Below are positions 11,263 through 23,471 of a stretch of DNA of 64,000 nt, piece by piece. How positions within the stretch are numbered: position 1 is the stretch's first letter; the number at the start of each line of letters is the position of its first letter. The position numbers and the translations under genes were made by a program. Source of the DNA: Folioceros fuciformis (Eukaryota); the NCBI GenBank assembly GCA_049999805.1, contig JBNGIO010005869.1, positions 1 through 64,000 on the forward strand, given 5' to 3'. The notes beneath the pieces are model-generated. The model was not told the DNA's origin. It worked only from the letters and a program-made list of their open reading frames with translations, and ran no database searches.

Positions 11263-13060
11263 GTGCTAGAAAGGGCCATCGGCGTGGTTGATAGTGACGG
11301 CCAGGCTTTGGTCCGCCAAATCGCCGGTCTCCCTAGTTTTGAAATGTTCGATGTTGCAATGATTCAAGGGTTTATATCCGAACGCACGTCACCAGTTGCT
11401 GTATTGATTAGGCTGTTCCATGAGGTGGACTCGACCATCAACCTCGTGGACGTAAAGGCTGAAGACTTGAGCAAAACTTGGGCTGCCAGTAACCTCGAAC
11501 ACACCTTTGATGAGGTGGAGTTGCTACGCCTCCAAGCTTGTCATCGAGTTTGGATGCAACTACGCACGCGCCCCACTTGCGATGGGCTGCATCTTGGCAT
11601 TGACATAGATGCAATGAGTCTGGACACAACACAAGAGGCGTACAACTCAGCGAATGCAGCAATGTGCTGCTATGCCGTGACTCACAACACACTGCAGCTG
11701 ATCTTGGGCCAGCAGCTGCGACGAACACTACCCACGGACGTGTTGAAAGTAAGAATTGTGGGTAGGGCATGTACCACCCTCCACCGGTTCGTCGTCTTCC
11801 TTACAGTTGCTGTGGGGTACGTTATGCAGGTGGAGGCAGGCATGGAGTGCGGGGCACTGTTTGACCACTTCCGGTGCCACGAAGATCAAATGGGTGTGTT
11901 CCCGGAGTTCAGGGTGCAGTACATCTCGGGGCACGATGGAGGGGGGGTGATTGAGGCTGTGACCATTCATGCTAGGGGCCCGACGTGGAGGTGCATCACC
12001 GAGGCATGGAGGCAATTCTGGCAAAATCCAATGTACATGCATTGTGTGTTTCAGGTTAGGGACGGGCATGGTTCTAACAGGCCTGTCTAACATATTCAAC
12101 AGGGGAAACCGACGTCCGGCCTCCACGAAACAGTCGTGAGTATCAATTTGGCCAACCTGCAACATGCTTCATTAGTGTCAATGTGATTACAATGTAATGG
12201 TTCGTGTGGTCCTTCTAGGCACGGTTTCTTAGCTTCCTTGTGTATTTGGTGCTTGCCTATGGTGTGGAGGTGTCCAGGCCCATGACAATTGCAACGCTTG
12301 CTCATGCTCTAGGAAGCCAAAAGTATGGTGTGCATCGAGCCTGGCAAGATCCACTTGGCTCATCATTCCTTCAAAAAGCATTCATGAAGGCTTGTTTCCC
12401 TGAGCTCGTGTCCGTACTTGGGTTGCTGAAAAAGGCTGCATGGGCTTTTGCTAACCGCCAGGCAGCTGCAATCAAGGAAGGCGTGGCTCTCATCACTAAA
12501 GCTGGCCCTACGTTTTTCTAGCATTTTGCACGTCTGCAGCCAGGCCCTCATTTTGGCTTCGATGTCACAGTGCTGCGTGAACGACCTCCGAAGAGTTTTG
12601 CAGCTGCCTCCCAGTCGGTGGGATGATTGGACTTCAAGGGTTTAGGCATGTTGTACATAGTCTGGAGGCTCGTGTCCTCCTTCCAATGGTGGACACCATG
12701 TCTCTAGAGGTCATTTGTTATTACTTCTCGGGATCCCATGTTTGCAAGCCAGAGGAGTTCATGCGCACCACCGCATTCCAAGCGTGCTCAATGGAGACGA
12801 AGGAGATGTACACTACAACAGGCCGGGCACTCAGCTTTTCACAACGAGCAAAACTCTACACTTTCATCACATATCGGGTGTTTTTTGGAGATAGTGGCCC
12901 CATGATAGAGTGCGAGGTGCCCCTCCTTGCAAATGGACAATTTACCACCGCGAGAATATGCATGGGCACCCTCTTGCTTCCACTGTACGATTCGGCATCG
13001 GCAATGCAGGACCGCATGGACGTGGCAATCACTCACAACGTTGTGTACGGGATGGCGTAG
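11263..13060 (+). pseudogene. HECT E3 ubiquitin ligase-like domain, disrupted
   Basis: N-lobe-like FRVQYI...ARGPTWRCITEAWRQFW and AAAIKEGV. C-lobe-like LSFSQRAKLYTFIT...FTTARICMGTLLLPLYDSASAMQDRMDVAITHNVVYGMA* resembles the HECT terminus (LPxAHTCFNxLxLPxYxSxExLxxKLxxAI...FG). Several internal stops. Confidence 0.7.
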
Positions 13061-14159
13061 CCAAGGTTGGCAAGCATGAGGGTGACTTGTTGAGCACAAG
13101 TCATGGTAGCAATGTTGTGATGGTGTCTGTGTTTGTAGCAATCGTGCATGAGTTGATTCAGAACTTGTTGTGTTCTTAGTGCAGTAATAAATGAGGCCGA
13201 GTGACTGCCCCTCGTACCTGTCTACGAGCACCCTTGTGAGCAGGGTTGTGGACATCGATGCACAACATTTACACAATCGGGAGAAGCAACCACACTTGGA
13301 TTGGCATGCCTTTGCATGGAAGGGTGAGCAACTCTCACCATATATGGACATGCGGTGGGTTGGAAGAGGTGGTAAGCAATAGCCCATACAAGGGAGTTGC
13401 ACCGAGCTAGAGGACAGGCTTGGGTCGCACATTGCGGCGTGCAAGTGGGTTGCCGTCATTGGCTCAGATGTCCGGCTATGAATGCAGGAGTAGGGATGAA
13501 ATGCACCGTCATTGTGACATTCGAAGACCCTTTCGTGGTAAGACAATAACTGGATAGTGTGCAGTTATTGGCACCATGGCATTTAAGTGCATGGTCAGCC
13601 AAATTAGCAAAAGCCGCCCGCTTGCAGCACCGACCGCAGCAAGAGGGGCGAGTGATCATAGCTACCATAGCTAGCCATCAAAGCCGATTGATGCGTCATT
13701 TGGATGGCTGACCAAGGGGCACTCGAACCTTCGTCCCCCTTAAGGACGCCAATTGGACACAACACACGAGACATGAAGGAGACAAACGAATGGCGGTATG
13801 AGGTTCTCATTGGGATCGGGGTTCAAGGAGGAAGCTCATTAGCTACAGCAGTGTAAGCGAGAGCGGAAGCCCTGGGATGGGTGCCAGGCAAGGGGCATGG
13901 AGCAAGGGATTGAGTGAAGGTTACATTCTGTAGAGAATTGGCAAGGAGGCGAGGGGGTAGGAAGAGGAGGTGTGGATGAGAAGATTTGGATGTGCCATAG
14001 AGCTTGATAGAGTTAGTGATGCCGCGAACACAAGGGGGGGGAGGAAGCGGCGAAGAGCACAAAGAAGGTCTCTAGGAAGGGGGGAGGATGCGTCGGTGGT
14101 AGGGGTGCCCATTACAGCCAAATGAATTGGAAGCAATTGTGCTGGAAATTAGGTGAACA

Positions 14160-15383
14160 GGTGGCACGCTGAAAGATTTGGCTGCTTGGCTTGGGTGTGT
14201 AGAATGGACGTTGAGGAGATGGTTAGCTAGTTGTCCGGGGTGGGCTAGTGCACACACAGGGCAGAATTTGACAGTGGAGACAGTGGCATTGATCATTGTG
14301 GAACATGTACCAATTACTAAGCATGCTGTGACTTGGGGGGTGGGTGTAGTGTCTACTGCTTTGCGGGATGTGGGGTACAACTTGCCGAGGCAAAAAAATT
14401 GCTGCTACATTGCAAGCATTGCAACGAGAAGCTATGGCAATGAGAGCTAGGGTTCGCATGTGACGCATGCACCGATGTACATGTGGCACATGGATTTTAA
14501 GTGACACCTTGGTTCATAGATGAGGGAGAGAGTGACTAATGTTGTAGGCTTGTGGTAGGGGGCTTATGACTTCTCACTTTTTTGCATGCACTTCAATCCT
14601 AATCATTGATCTTGTTGTAGCATACAATAAGATGTACATGTTCCACGTGAGGGTGCACCCAGCCATAGATGGTGCGACATACTACATAACGTAGGTGGTG
14701 CTAGCAGACAACAAGAGGGCTGAAACGATCTATGATACATATGAAGGGGCAGTGGAGAAGTTTGGTCACCCAGAGCACATCCGATCGGACTCTGTAGTGG
14801 AGCATAACCTAGTGGAGTCAGACTTTGTGAGAGTGAGACCTCGGGAGAACGGTAGCAACTTCATCTGAGGCCCATCGATGCACAATCAGGTGAGGTTGCT
14901 TGCATAGGCGATTGTGGATAGAAAGACATCAATGAAGTTACAAGTAGGTGTAAGATGCGTTTGTATATAGAGGTCGCACACCCTACACCTTATAGGCATG
15001 GCATATCCCTAATGGAGGGGTGTGTGTGCGGGATGCAGAGGACGGAGCACTTTTGGAGATCATTAAAGGAGAAGTGGAGATTTTTGTACAAGGGGTATAT
15101 GCTGGATTTGCAAGCAAGCAACGAGCTGGACACAACAAACCTATGGCATGTTCACTCACTATATGCGGCATTCATGCCAACCATGAAGAAGGAGCTGATC
15201 ACCTTCATTCGCATGTGGAATTTGCATAAGGTGAGGAAAATCGTTTGTGCAGATGGGGACATACCAAGCCATGTTCCAACTGAAGCTTTTCAAGAAGCGA
15301 AGCGACTTGCTGGGGTGGTTAGGTTGCCTTCGTATGGAGTATGCAATGACGACGATGGTGACTACATGATTCTAGGGCCATAG
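14160..15383 (+). pseudogene. IS3EU-like (integrase-core) DDE transposase, 3 exons, inactivated
   Basis: HTH-like LKDLAAWLGCVEWTLRRWL; GVGVVSTALRDVG; PMYMWHMD (14484-14495). Exon 14621-14889 reads YNKMYMFHVRVHPAIDGAT..LADNKRAETI..AVEKFGHPEHIRSD..FI*GPSMHNQ. After a GT-AG intron, the exon from 15039 reads RTEHFWRSL...FIRMWNLHKVR. In-frame stops and frameshifts are present. Confidence 0.8.
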
Positions 15384-15984
15384 TTTGCACGGAACAATGC
15401 ACTTGAAGAGGCAGCCTTGTAGGAGGTTGCATTGTTGACAGGGGTAAAGCAATTGCAATATGTGTGGATCACTATGTAAAGGTTTCAGTTGCATGTTCTT
15501 ATGTAAGAGTTGCCTTTGTAGGAGCTAGAAGACACAAGAGATCAGGCATATCGAATTTGTCTGGAGAGTATTAAGAATGTGCTAGATGCATATCGACTGC
15601 ATCAGTGTGCTAGTATTGTAGGCGAAGGGGTGTGCACTTCGAAGTCCAAGTGTGGACATGAATTGAGGAGGGGTGCAATCTTTGGACCTGGCGGGCTATC
15701 AACCTTTTTCGTGGCTTGTTTATCGAAAGAGAGTAAAGTGGTAAGAGATTACGGGTAGAACTTTTTCCTTGGCTTGTCTATGGAAGGAGAGTAGAGGGGT
15801 ACGAAGGTAGCGGTAGACCCAATGTGGATGTTGCACAATGCTTAAGTGATAAGTAGATAGTGGACGTTGCACAATGTGTAAGTGACAAATAGTATAGAGC
15901 AATGGAACATAGTAAAAATGTGGTTGATGATGAGAACCTAAAAAACTAAGCACGAGGAAGTTCTTTGCGGACTATCAAGTGTTA

Positions 15985-16335
15985 GCTGGAGGAGGCTGGA
16001 CAAATAGGTGGATTCGCAGCACCGAAGGTTATGGCTGATTCGCAGCATTGAAGGTTATGGCCAATTCGCAGCACCTCCTGGACNNNNNNNNNNNNNNNNN
16101 NNNNNNNNNNNNNNNNNNNNNNNNNNNNNNNNNNNNNNNNNNNNNNNNNNNNNNNNNNNNNNNNNNNNNNNNNNNNNNNNNNNTCGCAGCATTGAAGGTT
16201 ATGGCCAATTCGCAGCACCTCCTGGACAGATGGGTGGATTAGCAGCACTGATGGTTATGGACAATTCGCAGTACCTCCTGGACAGAAATGTGGATTAGCA
16301 GCACTAATGGTTATGGCCGATTCGCAGCACCTTCT
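15985..16335. repeat. Tandem array (~56-bp unit with ~25-bp subunits) spanning an assembly gap
   Basis: GCAGCAyTGAwGGTTATGGmCrATTCGCAGCACCTCCTGGAC is repeated, and an identical 44-mer lies on both sides of the N run. Confidence 0.85.
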
Positions 16336-16442
16336 GATGGGCAATCCTATGTAGGCAGATAGCGATTCCGCTCACATGGGCAATGTAATGTAAGCAAAGA
16401 ACCATTACTAGCGGACTTTGTGTCCGGTGCGATTGTCTAGCA

Positions 16443-16537
16443 ATGTTGTGGGTTGGTAGGCGAGGGGTATTGTGGGTTGGTAGGCGAGGCGTATTGTGGG
16501 TTGGTAGGCGAGGCGTATTGTGGGTTGGTAGGCGAGG
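16443..16537. repeat. 24-bp tandem repeat x4
   Basis: GTATTGTGGGTTGGTAGGCGAGGC units. Confidence 0.9.
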
Positions 16538-16925
16538 CCAGGCTAGGATCGGTCCTCTAGGGATAATGTTACTCGGGGGCACTGGCAACCGAAGTGGATG
16601 AGAGGGCGGGATGTTTGGAAAAATCGGCCGAGGGGGATGAGTGCGCATTGAGGCTGTTTCTAGCTAGCGATGCCCCGCATATCCTAGAGCTATTGGGATC
16701 CTTGCAACAGGAAAAAGAGAGCTGTTGGGATCCTTGCAGCAGGCACATCGCGGCATGGAGCCTGCAGGAAGATTGGGGCTGGAGCGGCGCCTTGCATCAG
16801 AGAGCCTGCAGGAAGATTGGTGCTGGAGGGGTGCCTCACAGTGTGGAGCCTGCAGCAAGATTGGGGCTGGAGGGGCGCCTCGTAGCCTAGAGCCTATACG
16901 AACAGAAGGGCTGGAGGGATGCCTC

Positions 16926-17183
16926 TGACAAAATTAATAAAAAGGTGTAAATCAATTGCATATAACAATTACATTATATTGTGTATATATCAAGAAGAGT
17001 ACATTAAAGAATAAACCAACTTAACTTAATCTATTTTGAAACGACGTGACCTTTAAAAACTAGAGACGCAACCCTAGTGAAAAGGTAAGTGAATGTTAAT
17101 AACCTACAACCCACTTCATACTATATATGCTGCTTGATAATAACTAGAACTTAAGTAATGATAAAACACCCGTTCACCCATTA
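16926..17183 (-). repeat. 3' LTR
   Basis: Direct repeat of 23472-23729 with 5 mismatches by manual alignment. Confidence 0.95.
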
Positions 17184-17245
17184 CTCGCACTTGTTTAATC
17201 ATTACGAAAAAGGACTTGATCTGTTTGGAGCGGCGGCGGGAGCAG

Positions 17246-17752
17246 ATGAAGATGATGGATCCTTTACCCGGCTGTGCTGAGGAGCAGGCGAAATATCCAG
17301 AGGGTTGGCCAACGCAGGCTGATCAAAATCTGATCAGCCACATGCTCGACACGCTGAAGAAGTGTGAAGAAGTTCAGGAGTCGCTGAAAGCAGCCAGATG
17401 CAGAGTCCTGGAACTTCGTGATTTGATGGACAGAATCCCTCCTCTCGAGCCGCACATGTTTCCTCTTCAGTTCGATGAAGTGCGACAGCTGGTGAAGGAG
17501 CTGGCCAAGCTGGGGTTTGTGGGGACTGTAGGTGAGGAGCCAGGAGTTGGCTGCGCCTATGATCCTTTCCCGCCAGAGAGAAACTATAAGATCTTCAAGC
17601 CTACCTTCTCCTTGTGTGAAGTAACTAGCCTGCAGGAACTGTTCACGATTTTATCTTGCTATAAGCTTTATCCACTGAACAATCTCTGTTTGTATGTTTC
17701 AGCTGGCCACGTGAGGCCATGTGGGCACAAGCCTGCCTCCAACGGAAGGTAA
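17246..17752 (+). CDS. Extra antisense ORF between pol and the 3' LTR, unknown function
   Basis: Open ~168 codons from ATG (MKMMDPLPG...), with a helical/coiled-coil-like segment. No recognisable family. Confidence 0.45.
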   Translation: MKMMDPLPGCAEEQAKYPEGWPTQADQNLISHMLDTLKKCEEVQESLKAARCRVLELRDLMDRIPPLEPHMFPLQFDEVRQLVKELAKLGFVGTVGEEPGVGCAYDPFPPERNYKIFKPTFSLCEVTSLQELFTILSCYKLYPLNNLCLYVSAGHVRPCGHKPASNGR

Positions 17753-17800
17753 ATTTCAGCCGTAATAGAGACTTGCATACTCCCACTTGCTAGGCTAGGT

Positions 17801-20800
17801 TTATGTAGGTTGTGATGCTGGACAGACTTCATGGCTGCCCATGCCAAGGCTTCTCATATGCCTATTGTGTATGTCCCTGCTGAGGGACTTAGTAAAGATG
17901 TCTGCTGGGTTGTCTGTAGTTGGCACATACTCAAGAGCTATCTGGTCTGATTTAACAAGATCCCTGATAAAATGGTACTCCACCTCCACGTGTTTTGTGC
18001 GAGAGTGGAAGATTGGATTTTGTGCCAAGTTCATTGAACCATGATTATCCGTTTTGATGGTGGTGCAGGTTGGGAGGGGTAGCCCAAGCTCCTTAAACAC
18101 CAACTTACACCAGGCAATTTCCTTAGCAGCAGCGGTAAGAACTCGATACTCAGCTTCTGTACTTGAAGTGGCTACGGTAGGTTGTTTCTTGCTGGACCAG
18201 CAGATTGGTCCTCCAGCAACCATAACTACATAACCAGATACTGACCTTCGTGTGTCAACATCACCAACGTAGTCAGAGTCCATAAAGACATCTAACTCAA
18301 GCTGTGAGCCAGGTATGTATCTGAAATTGAGCCCAACTTCTGATGTTCCTTTCAAATACCTAACCAATCTTTTAACACCTGTCCAGTGCAACTGTCCAGG
18401 GTTCTCAAGGTACTGAGAAAGTACACTGGTAGCATAAGCAACATCAGGTCGTGTTGTGTTGGCTACATAGATAAGTTTACCCACACCCTTCCTATAAGGG
18501 ACTGACACCATCTGGTTCTTGTCTCTTTGTGCTTCAGGACACATGGACTTACTGTACTTCAGCCCAGAGGGTAACGGGGTTGCTGCTTGTTTGGCATCTT
18601 TCAAACCAAGCTGCTCAGCACACTCCAGCAAATACCGAGGCTGGGTAAGAGATATGGACTTGTTTTTCCTGTCTCTCTTGATTAGAACTCCTAAACAGCT
18701 TTGAAGAGCTCCAAGGTTTGTCATTTCAAACTTGGAGGATAACAACTTGTTGATCTTTGTGATGAATGTAAGGGTGTTGCAGGATAGAATCAAATCGTCA
18801 ACATAGACTGCAAGATAGCACACCACATTTCCAGATCTGTAAACATATAAGCTGCTATCAGAGATACACTTGATGAAACCCAATGCACGCAGCTCTTCAT
18901 CAAGGACTGCATTCCATTCAAGGGCTGATTGCTTCAGCCCATATAGTGTTTTCTTAAGAAGTAGGACATGATCCTCTTTGCCTTTTACTTCATAGCCTGT
19001 GGGTTGTTGCATACAGATTTCTGTATCTAGTTTCCCATGTAGAAACGCTGTTTTCACGTCAAACATGTCTAACTCATAATCATGATATGCTGCCAGGGCA
19101 CAGATAATCCGAAAGGTAGCAAGCTTCATGACTGGAGCATATGTTTCAAAGTAATCAAGCCCAGGCACTTGTGAGAACCCACGAGCAACAAGGCGTGCTT
19201 TGTATCTGTCAAAAGAGCCATCAGCTTTAACTTTGAGCTTGAAAACCCATTCATAGGATACAACCTTCCGTCCAGGAGGTAATTTAGCGAGTTCCCATGC
19301 TCCATTCTTGATCAATGAATCATATTCAGATTGTATAGCCTTTTTCCATTCAGCTTCATCAGGTCGGCTAATAGCTTCTTCATAGGACTGAGGTTCAATA
19401 GGGTCCAATAGAGTAGCTGCATTAGCTGTAGGTTTTCTGAAATCCTGTTACTGATAGAAATCTGGTGCCCGTCTATCTCGTACAGGATAACGGCGAGCAG
19501 GTGGGAAAGGCTGTACAGGTGGCAAAGACTGGTCAAGACCACCTTCATCATCACTGTCATGAGGATTAGCAGAATCAACAGATGCATCCTCATCAAAATC
19601 TGGAATGGGATCTGGCGGAGCAGGTAAAAGGTCAAGTGGATTTGCAGCAATAGGAGGAGGTTGCTGTTGCAAGTCAGCAGGAACATCTAATTCCTCTGAT
19701 GGATGGGCTAACACCGGTTCATGCTGCGGTGTAGGCTGCAATTCATGCTGTTCTTCCCCCCCTGCAGGAGCAACCTCCTCAGGAGCAGGGTCAGGAAAAG
19801 TGGTAATAGCAGGCAATAAAGAGAAATCAATGTTCCATGGAGACCCCCCCTCAGTAGGAACAGCTCCCACTGGCTGCCAAAAGTGAGCTTCATCAAAAGT
19901 CACGCTGCGAGCATAGATGACTTGATTGTGAGGTATGTCATATAACTTATAAGCTTTAATACCCTCAGTATATCCAAGCATAACCAGCTTGAGAGCCTTA
20001 GCAGCTAACTTAGATCTTTTCTTCTTTGAAATGAAAGCATGGGCAATGCAGCCAAAAGTTCGAAGATGAAGAATAGCTGGCTTCCGACCATAGAAGGCTT
20101 CATAAGGAGTTTGTCCAGGTACAGCAGTTATAGGCAACCGGTTGCGAAGATACACAGCTCTCATAAGGGCTTCAGCCCAATAGGATAAAGGCAATGAAGC
20201 ATGATGGAGCATGGAAGAAACCATCTCCTGCAGAGTCAAGTTGAGACGCTCAGCAACACCGTTTTGCTGAGGTGTATACACAACTGTGAGTTGTCTGCCA
20301 ATGCCTTCTTCTCTGCAAAATGCCTGAAATTCATTGGAGGTAAATTCTCCACCATTATCAGAACGAAGTGTCTTAAGCTGCTTGCCAGTCCACCGTTCTA
20401 CAAGTTTTAGGTAATCCTTAAACAGAGAAAAGCATTCATTCTTAGCTTTCATAATGTAAGCCGTGACGAATCTTGTCTTATCATCTGTGAAGGTAAGAAA
20501 ATATTTGCCTCCTCCAATTGAAGGCTGGGACAAAGGCCCACATATGTCAATGTGAACAAGCTCAAGAACATCAGATGCCCTATGAGGAGTCTTGTTCTTG
20601 AAGGCTGCCTGATGGCGTTTAGATATAACACACGCCTCACATAATGGTAAGGGTGGTAGGTTGCCAATCTGGCCATCACTGTATAGATTACTAACAGCAA
20701 GTTTCTGCAACTTAGTACTGTGAGGATGACCTAAGCTGATGTGCCATAACATGGCCTTAGCTTTCTGCTTGACAACTGTTTCTGGAGATCGTGAAGCAAG

Positions 20801-22198
20801 AGTTGCTGTAACATCACTAATGTGAGTGTGCAGCCTGAACAGGTCAGTGTCTAACGACCCATAGGCTAGGATCTTACGATGATCAAAGGCATCTAAGACC
20901 CTACATTCTGTTGGAGTGAATAGTGTATGTGTGTTGTTATCTAAATTCATTTTCCTAACAGAAATAAGATTCCTTGTCATTTCAGGCACGTGGAACACAT
21001 CTGTGAGTAGAAGTGTGATGCCTGAAGGGACAGGGAGCTTGACTGTGCCAATACCTGGACACATAAGCCTGCTATCGTCACCTAGGTAAACAAATCTGTC
21101 GTGTACTAACCTGTATGTGACGAATGCATTTCTGTCGAGACAGATGTGCGCTATAGCACGTGTATCAAGGAACCATTCATGCATGGGCTTTCCTTGAACA
21201 CTCATGGACAGACACGTAGGATTAGCAAGGGGATGTAGAAACTTCCTGGTACCAACAGTAAGAGCTGAAGGTGAGCCATGCTTTGTCACAACAACATGTG
21301 TCTGAGAAGTGGAGTTGCCCTCCTTGCGAGGTACCCCGGCCTGCTTCTTTCGACACTCATTTTCCCAGTGGCCTGGAATTTAGCACCAATGGCACTTTCC
21401 AGCCTTTTTGGGTTTCTTCTGTGCAATAGCTCCCTGTGAGCTACTAGCACCTGAGGTATTCTGTCTACCTCTGAAGTTTGGCTTCTTATTTTTGCCTTTA
21501 TTGTTGTTGATGTATAAAGCTTGCTGCTTACCAGGACGTTTGAATTGTCCTCTTGCAGCTTCCTCTTGAAGGAGAGCTCCCACAAATTCTGCAAATGTGG
21601 GTTTGGGGAGAACAACATTTGCATCCTTGGCAATCTTCTGGCCTTGCAGCTGCGAAGTGTTATAGGAGGTCACGAAATGTAACCAAGATTCTGAGAGGCT
21701 CATCATAAAGTGCAGAATGAGTGCTGAATCCTTCACACTTTCCTATGCTGCACTTTCAAATTTGGAGATAAGAGTTCTGAAAACTGCTAGGTGTTTTTCA
21801 ATAGACTCTCCTTCTTTCATTCTCAAATTTTGTATATTGCGAAGTGCTGCCATTTGAGTTGTGTCATCTATTCCAGCGTACAGGTCCTGAAGCCGCGTCC
21901 ATATCTCAGCTGAGGTTTTGCAACCAGAGGTCTGTCTCAACATATCAATCGTCAGACCACTCCGGATAAGGTACTGTGCCGCTTCATCCTTGATTGTCCA
22001 GGTATCTATTGCCTTCTGCTCAGCAGTAGTTGGAGTACCTATGACTGCAGGAAACTTTTCTCTTCTGCTGGCCCAGGCCCACAACAGCTTGTTTTGTAAT
22101 GCTCCTCGCATCCTAATAACCCAGATGTCATAATCTGCCCCCCCAAACCTATCTTTCTCCCTAAATCCCTCTCCCGGTAGGTTAGCAGTGTCACCCAT
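17801..22198 (-). pseudogene. Copia gag-pol polyprotein, one frame with three premature stops
   Basis: UBN2-type gag, CHWC*IPGHWENEC zinc knuckle, WFLDTRA protease site, GAG-pre-integrase, rve (VHIDICGP, LRSDNGGEF, PQQNGVAER), RT (YVDD) and RNase H. All ORF pieces share one frame, with stops at 21743, 21380 and 19448. Confidence 0.93.
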
Positions 22199-22360
22199 GT
22201 TTAAGACTGCTGTTAGCCCTCCTCACAGTGAGGATATTATGGATAAACTGCTAATGTACCTGTCTAACCTGCCCTGTGCAGATTAACAGGATGGAGGATT
22301 TAGGGTTTATCTGAATGCAACTAATGCATCAGCATGAGGCTGCAAGCTGCAGCCCACATT

Positions 22361-23104
22361 TCACAGAGGTAAGTCAGGCTCAGCCTGTTGGTCAGACCTA
22401 CGTAGGATGACAGTCTGCCTATCTACCTGTTGTTTAATTTTCAAGTTCCTAATCTCCCAATTGTTAAATGAATAAGTCATACAAGATGGGCATGAATTTG
22501 GATATTCAAACGTGTGGTGTTTGTTAAATTTTGCTGCATGCTTACATGCTGTGCCCCTAATGACAGGGTTAGCAAGGAGAGCAGGTCTCAATAAAGTAAG
22601 CAGCTTAAAATCCAGATGCCCGATCTTGTCCAGCAGAAAACGTAAGTCCTCAGAAACACCAGCAATTCTATGACTGATGTTTTCAAAACGTCTATCTACG
22701 TAACGCGCATGAGCTTCTAGCCTGGAACTTATCTGTGAAACACTAGTGTGTGGTGTGATGTTTGTGGTTAGGAAACCCCTGGGATTACCGTTACCATCAA
22801 AAGCTCTTTGCACACGCACTTCTGGGAGGTTATGTGGATTCCTTGGTGGAGGGACAAAGGCCGGACGTTGCTGATCTGGGAAGAGAGTTTTAATTAGCGT
22901 GTTGAACGACTCCCTTACTTCAAGCGCCAGAACTAGTTGATTATGGGTGCGGGCAGCCCATTCTGTCACAAAATGATGTAGTTGCTCTGCAGTTCTTCTC
23001 CTGACTGCAACTCCTTGTGCGCCCAATCCCCTATGTTGATTTCGAGGTGCTGGAAGGGGGATCTGCCATTCAGGGTCTGCTTGTCCATCCTCAAAATTGG
23101 CCAT
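22361..23104 (-). CDS. Extra sense ORF upstream of gag (247 aa), unknown function
   Basis: ATG-initiated intact ORF between the PBS and gag, with a heptad-like segment and a Cys/His cluster (CKH..KHH..SCPSC). Confidence 0.6.
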   Translation of the reverse strand: MANFEDGQADPEWQIPLPAPRNQHRGLGAQGVAVRRRTAEQLHHFVTEWAARTHNQLVLALEVRESFNTLIKTLFPDQQRPAFVPPPRNPHNLPEVRVQRAFDGNGNPRGFLTTNITPHTSVSQISSRLEAHARYVDRRFENISHRIAGVSEDLRFLLDKIGHLDFKLLTLLRPALLANPVIRGTACKHAAKFNKHHTFEYPNSCPSCMTYSFNNWEIRNLKIKQQVDRQTVILRRSDQQAEPDLPL

Positions 23105-23457
23105 TCATTTGGCCAGATGTTTTGTGTTTATTAGATTTTCAAGAAACATATTGTAAACTTTGCTATATGATCTTGTAAGAAAATTTCCCACTTCTAGAAT
23201 TCGTTCTAGCATATCTTGTGGCAGATTGCTTTACAGCAATCTGACAATAGATGCGTTAGATGTGATTCTTAGAAATATAGAATTTTTAATAAACAAATCA
23301 AGAAAGCAAATTAAAAACAGTTTCTTGAAACATCTTCTTAATTTCTTATTAGAAACTCATTTTCTAATCAAGAAACAAACATAAAAAAACATATTTATGC
23401 ACATCTACATGTGCACAATTTAATGTGCATTCTTATGAATGCAATCTACACCTATCA

Positions 23458-23471
23458 TGGCTCTGATATCA
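23458..23471 (-). other. Primer-binding site (tRNA-iMet type)
   Basis: TGATATCAGAGCCA directly follows the 5' LTR; the consensus is TGGTATCAGAGC. Confidence 0.85.

Larger units (their letters stand above)
9600..16925 (+). mobile_element. Decayed IS3EU-like DNA transposon region (HECT-like ORF plus DDE transposase); boundaries uncertain, probably continues beyond the Copia insertion
   Basis: Contains the two pseudogenes listed next and several tandem arrays. The repeat array at its right edge resumes at 23730 after the LTR element. Confidence 0.65.

Noticed and set aside
15985-16335. Repeat array superficially like CRISPR
   Set aside because: No unique spacers and no cas genes, in a eukaryotic context. 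Identical gap flanks indicate a collapsed tandem repeat.
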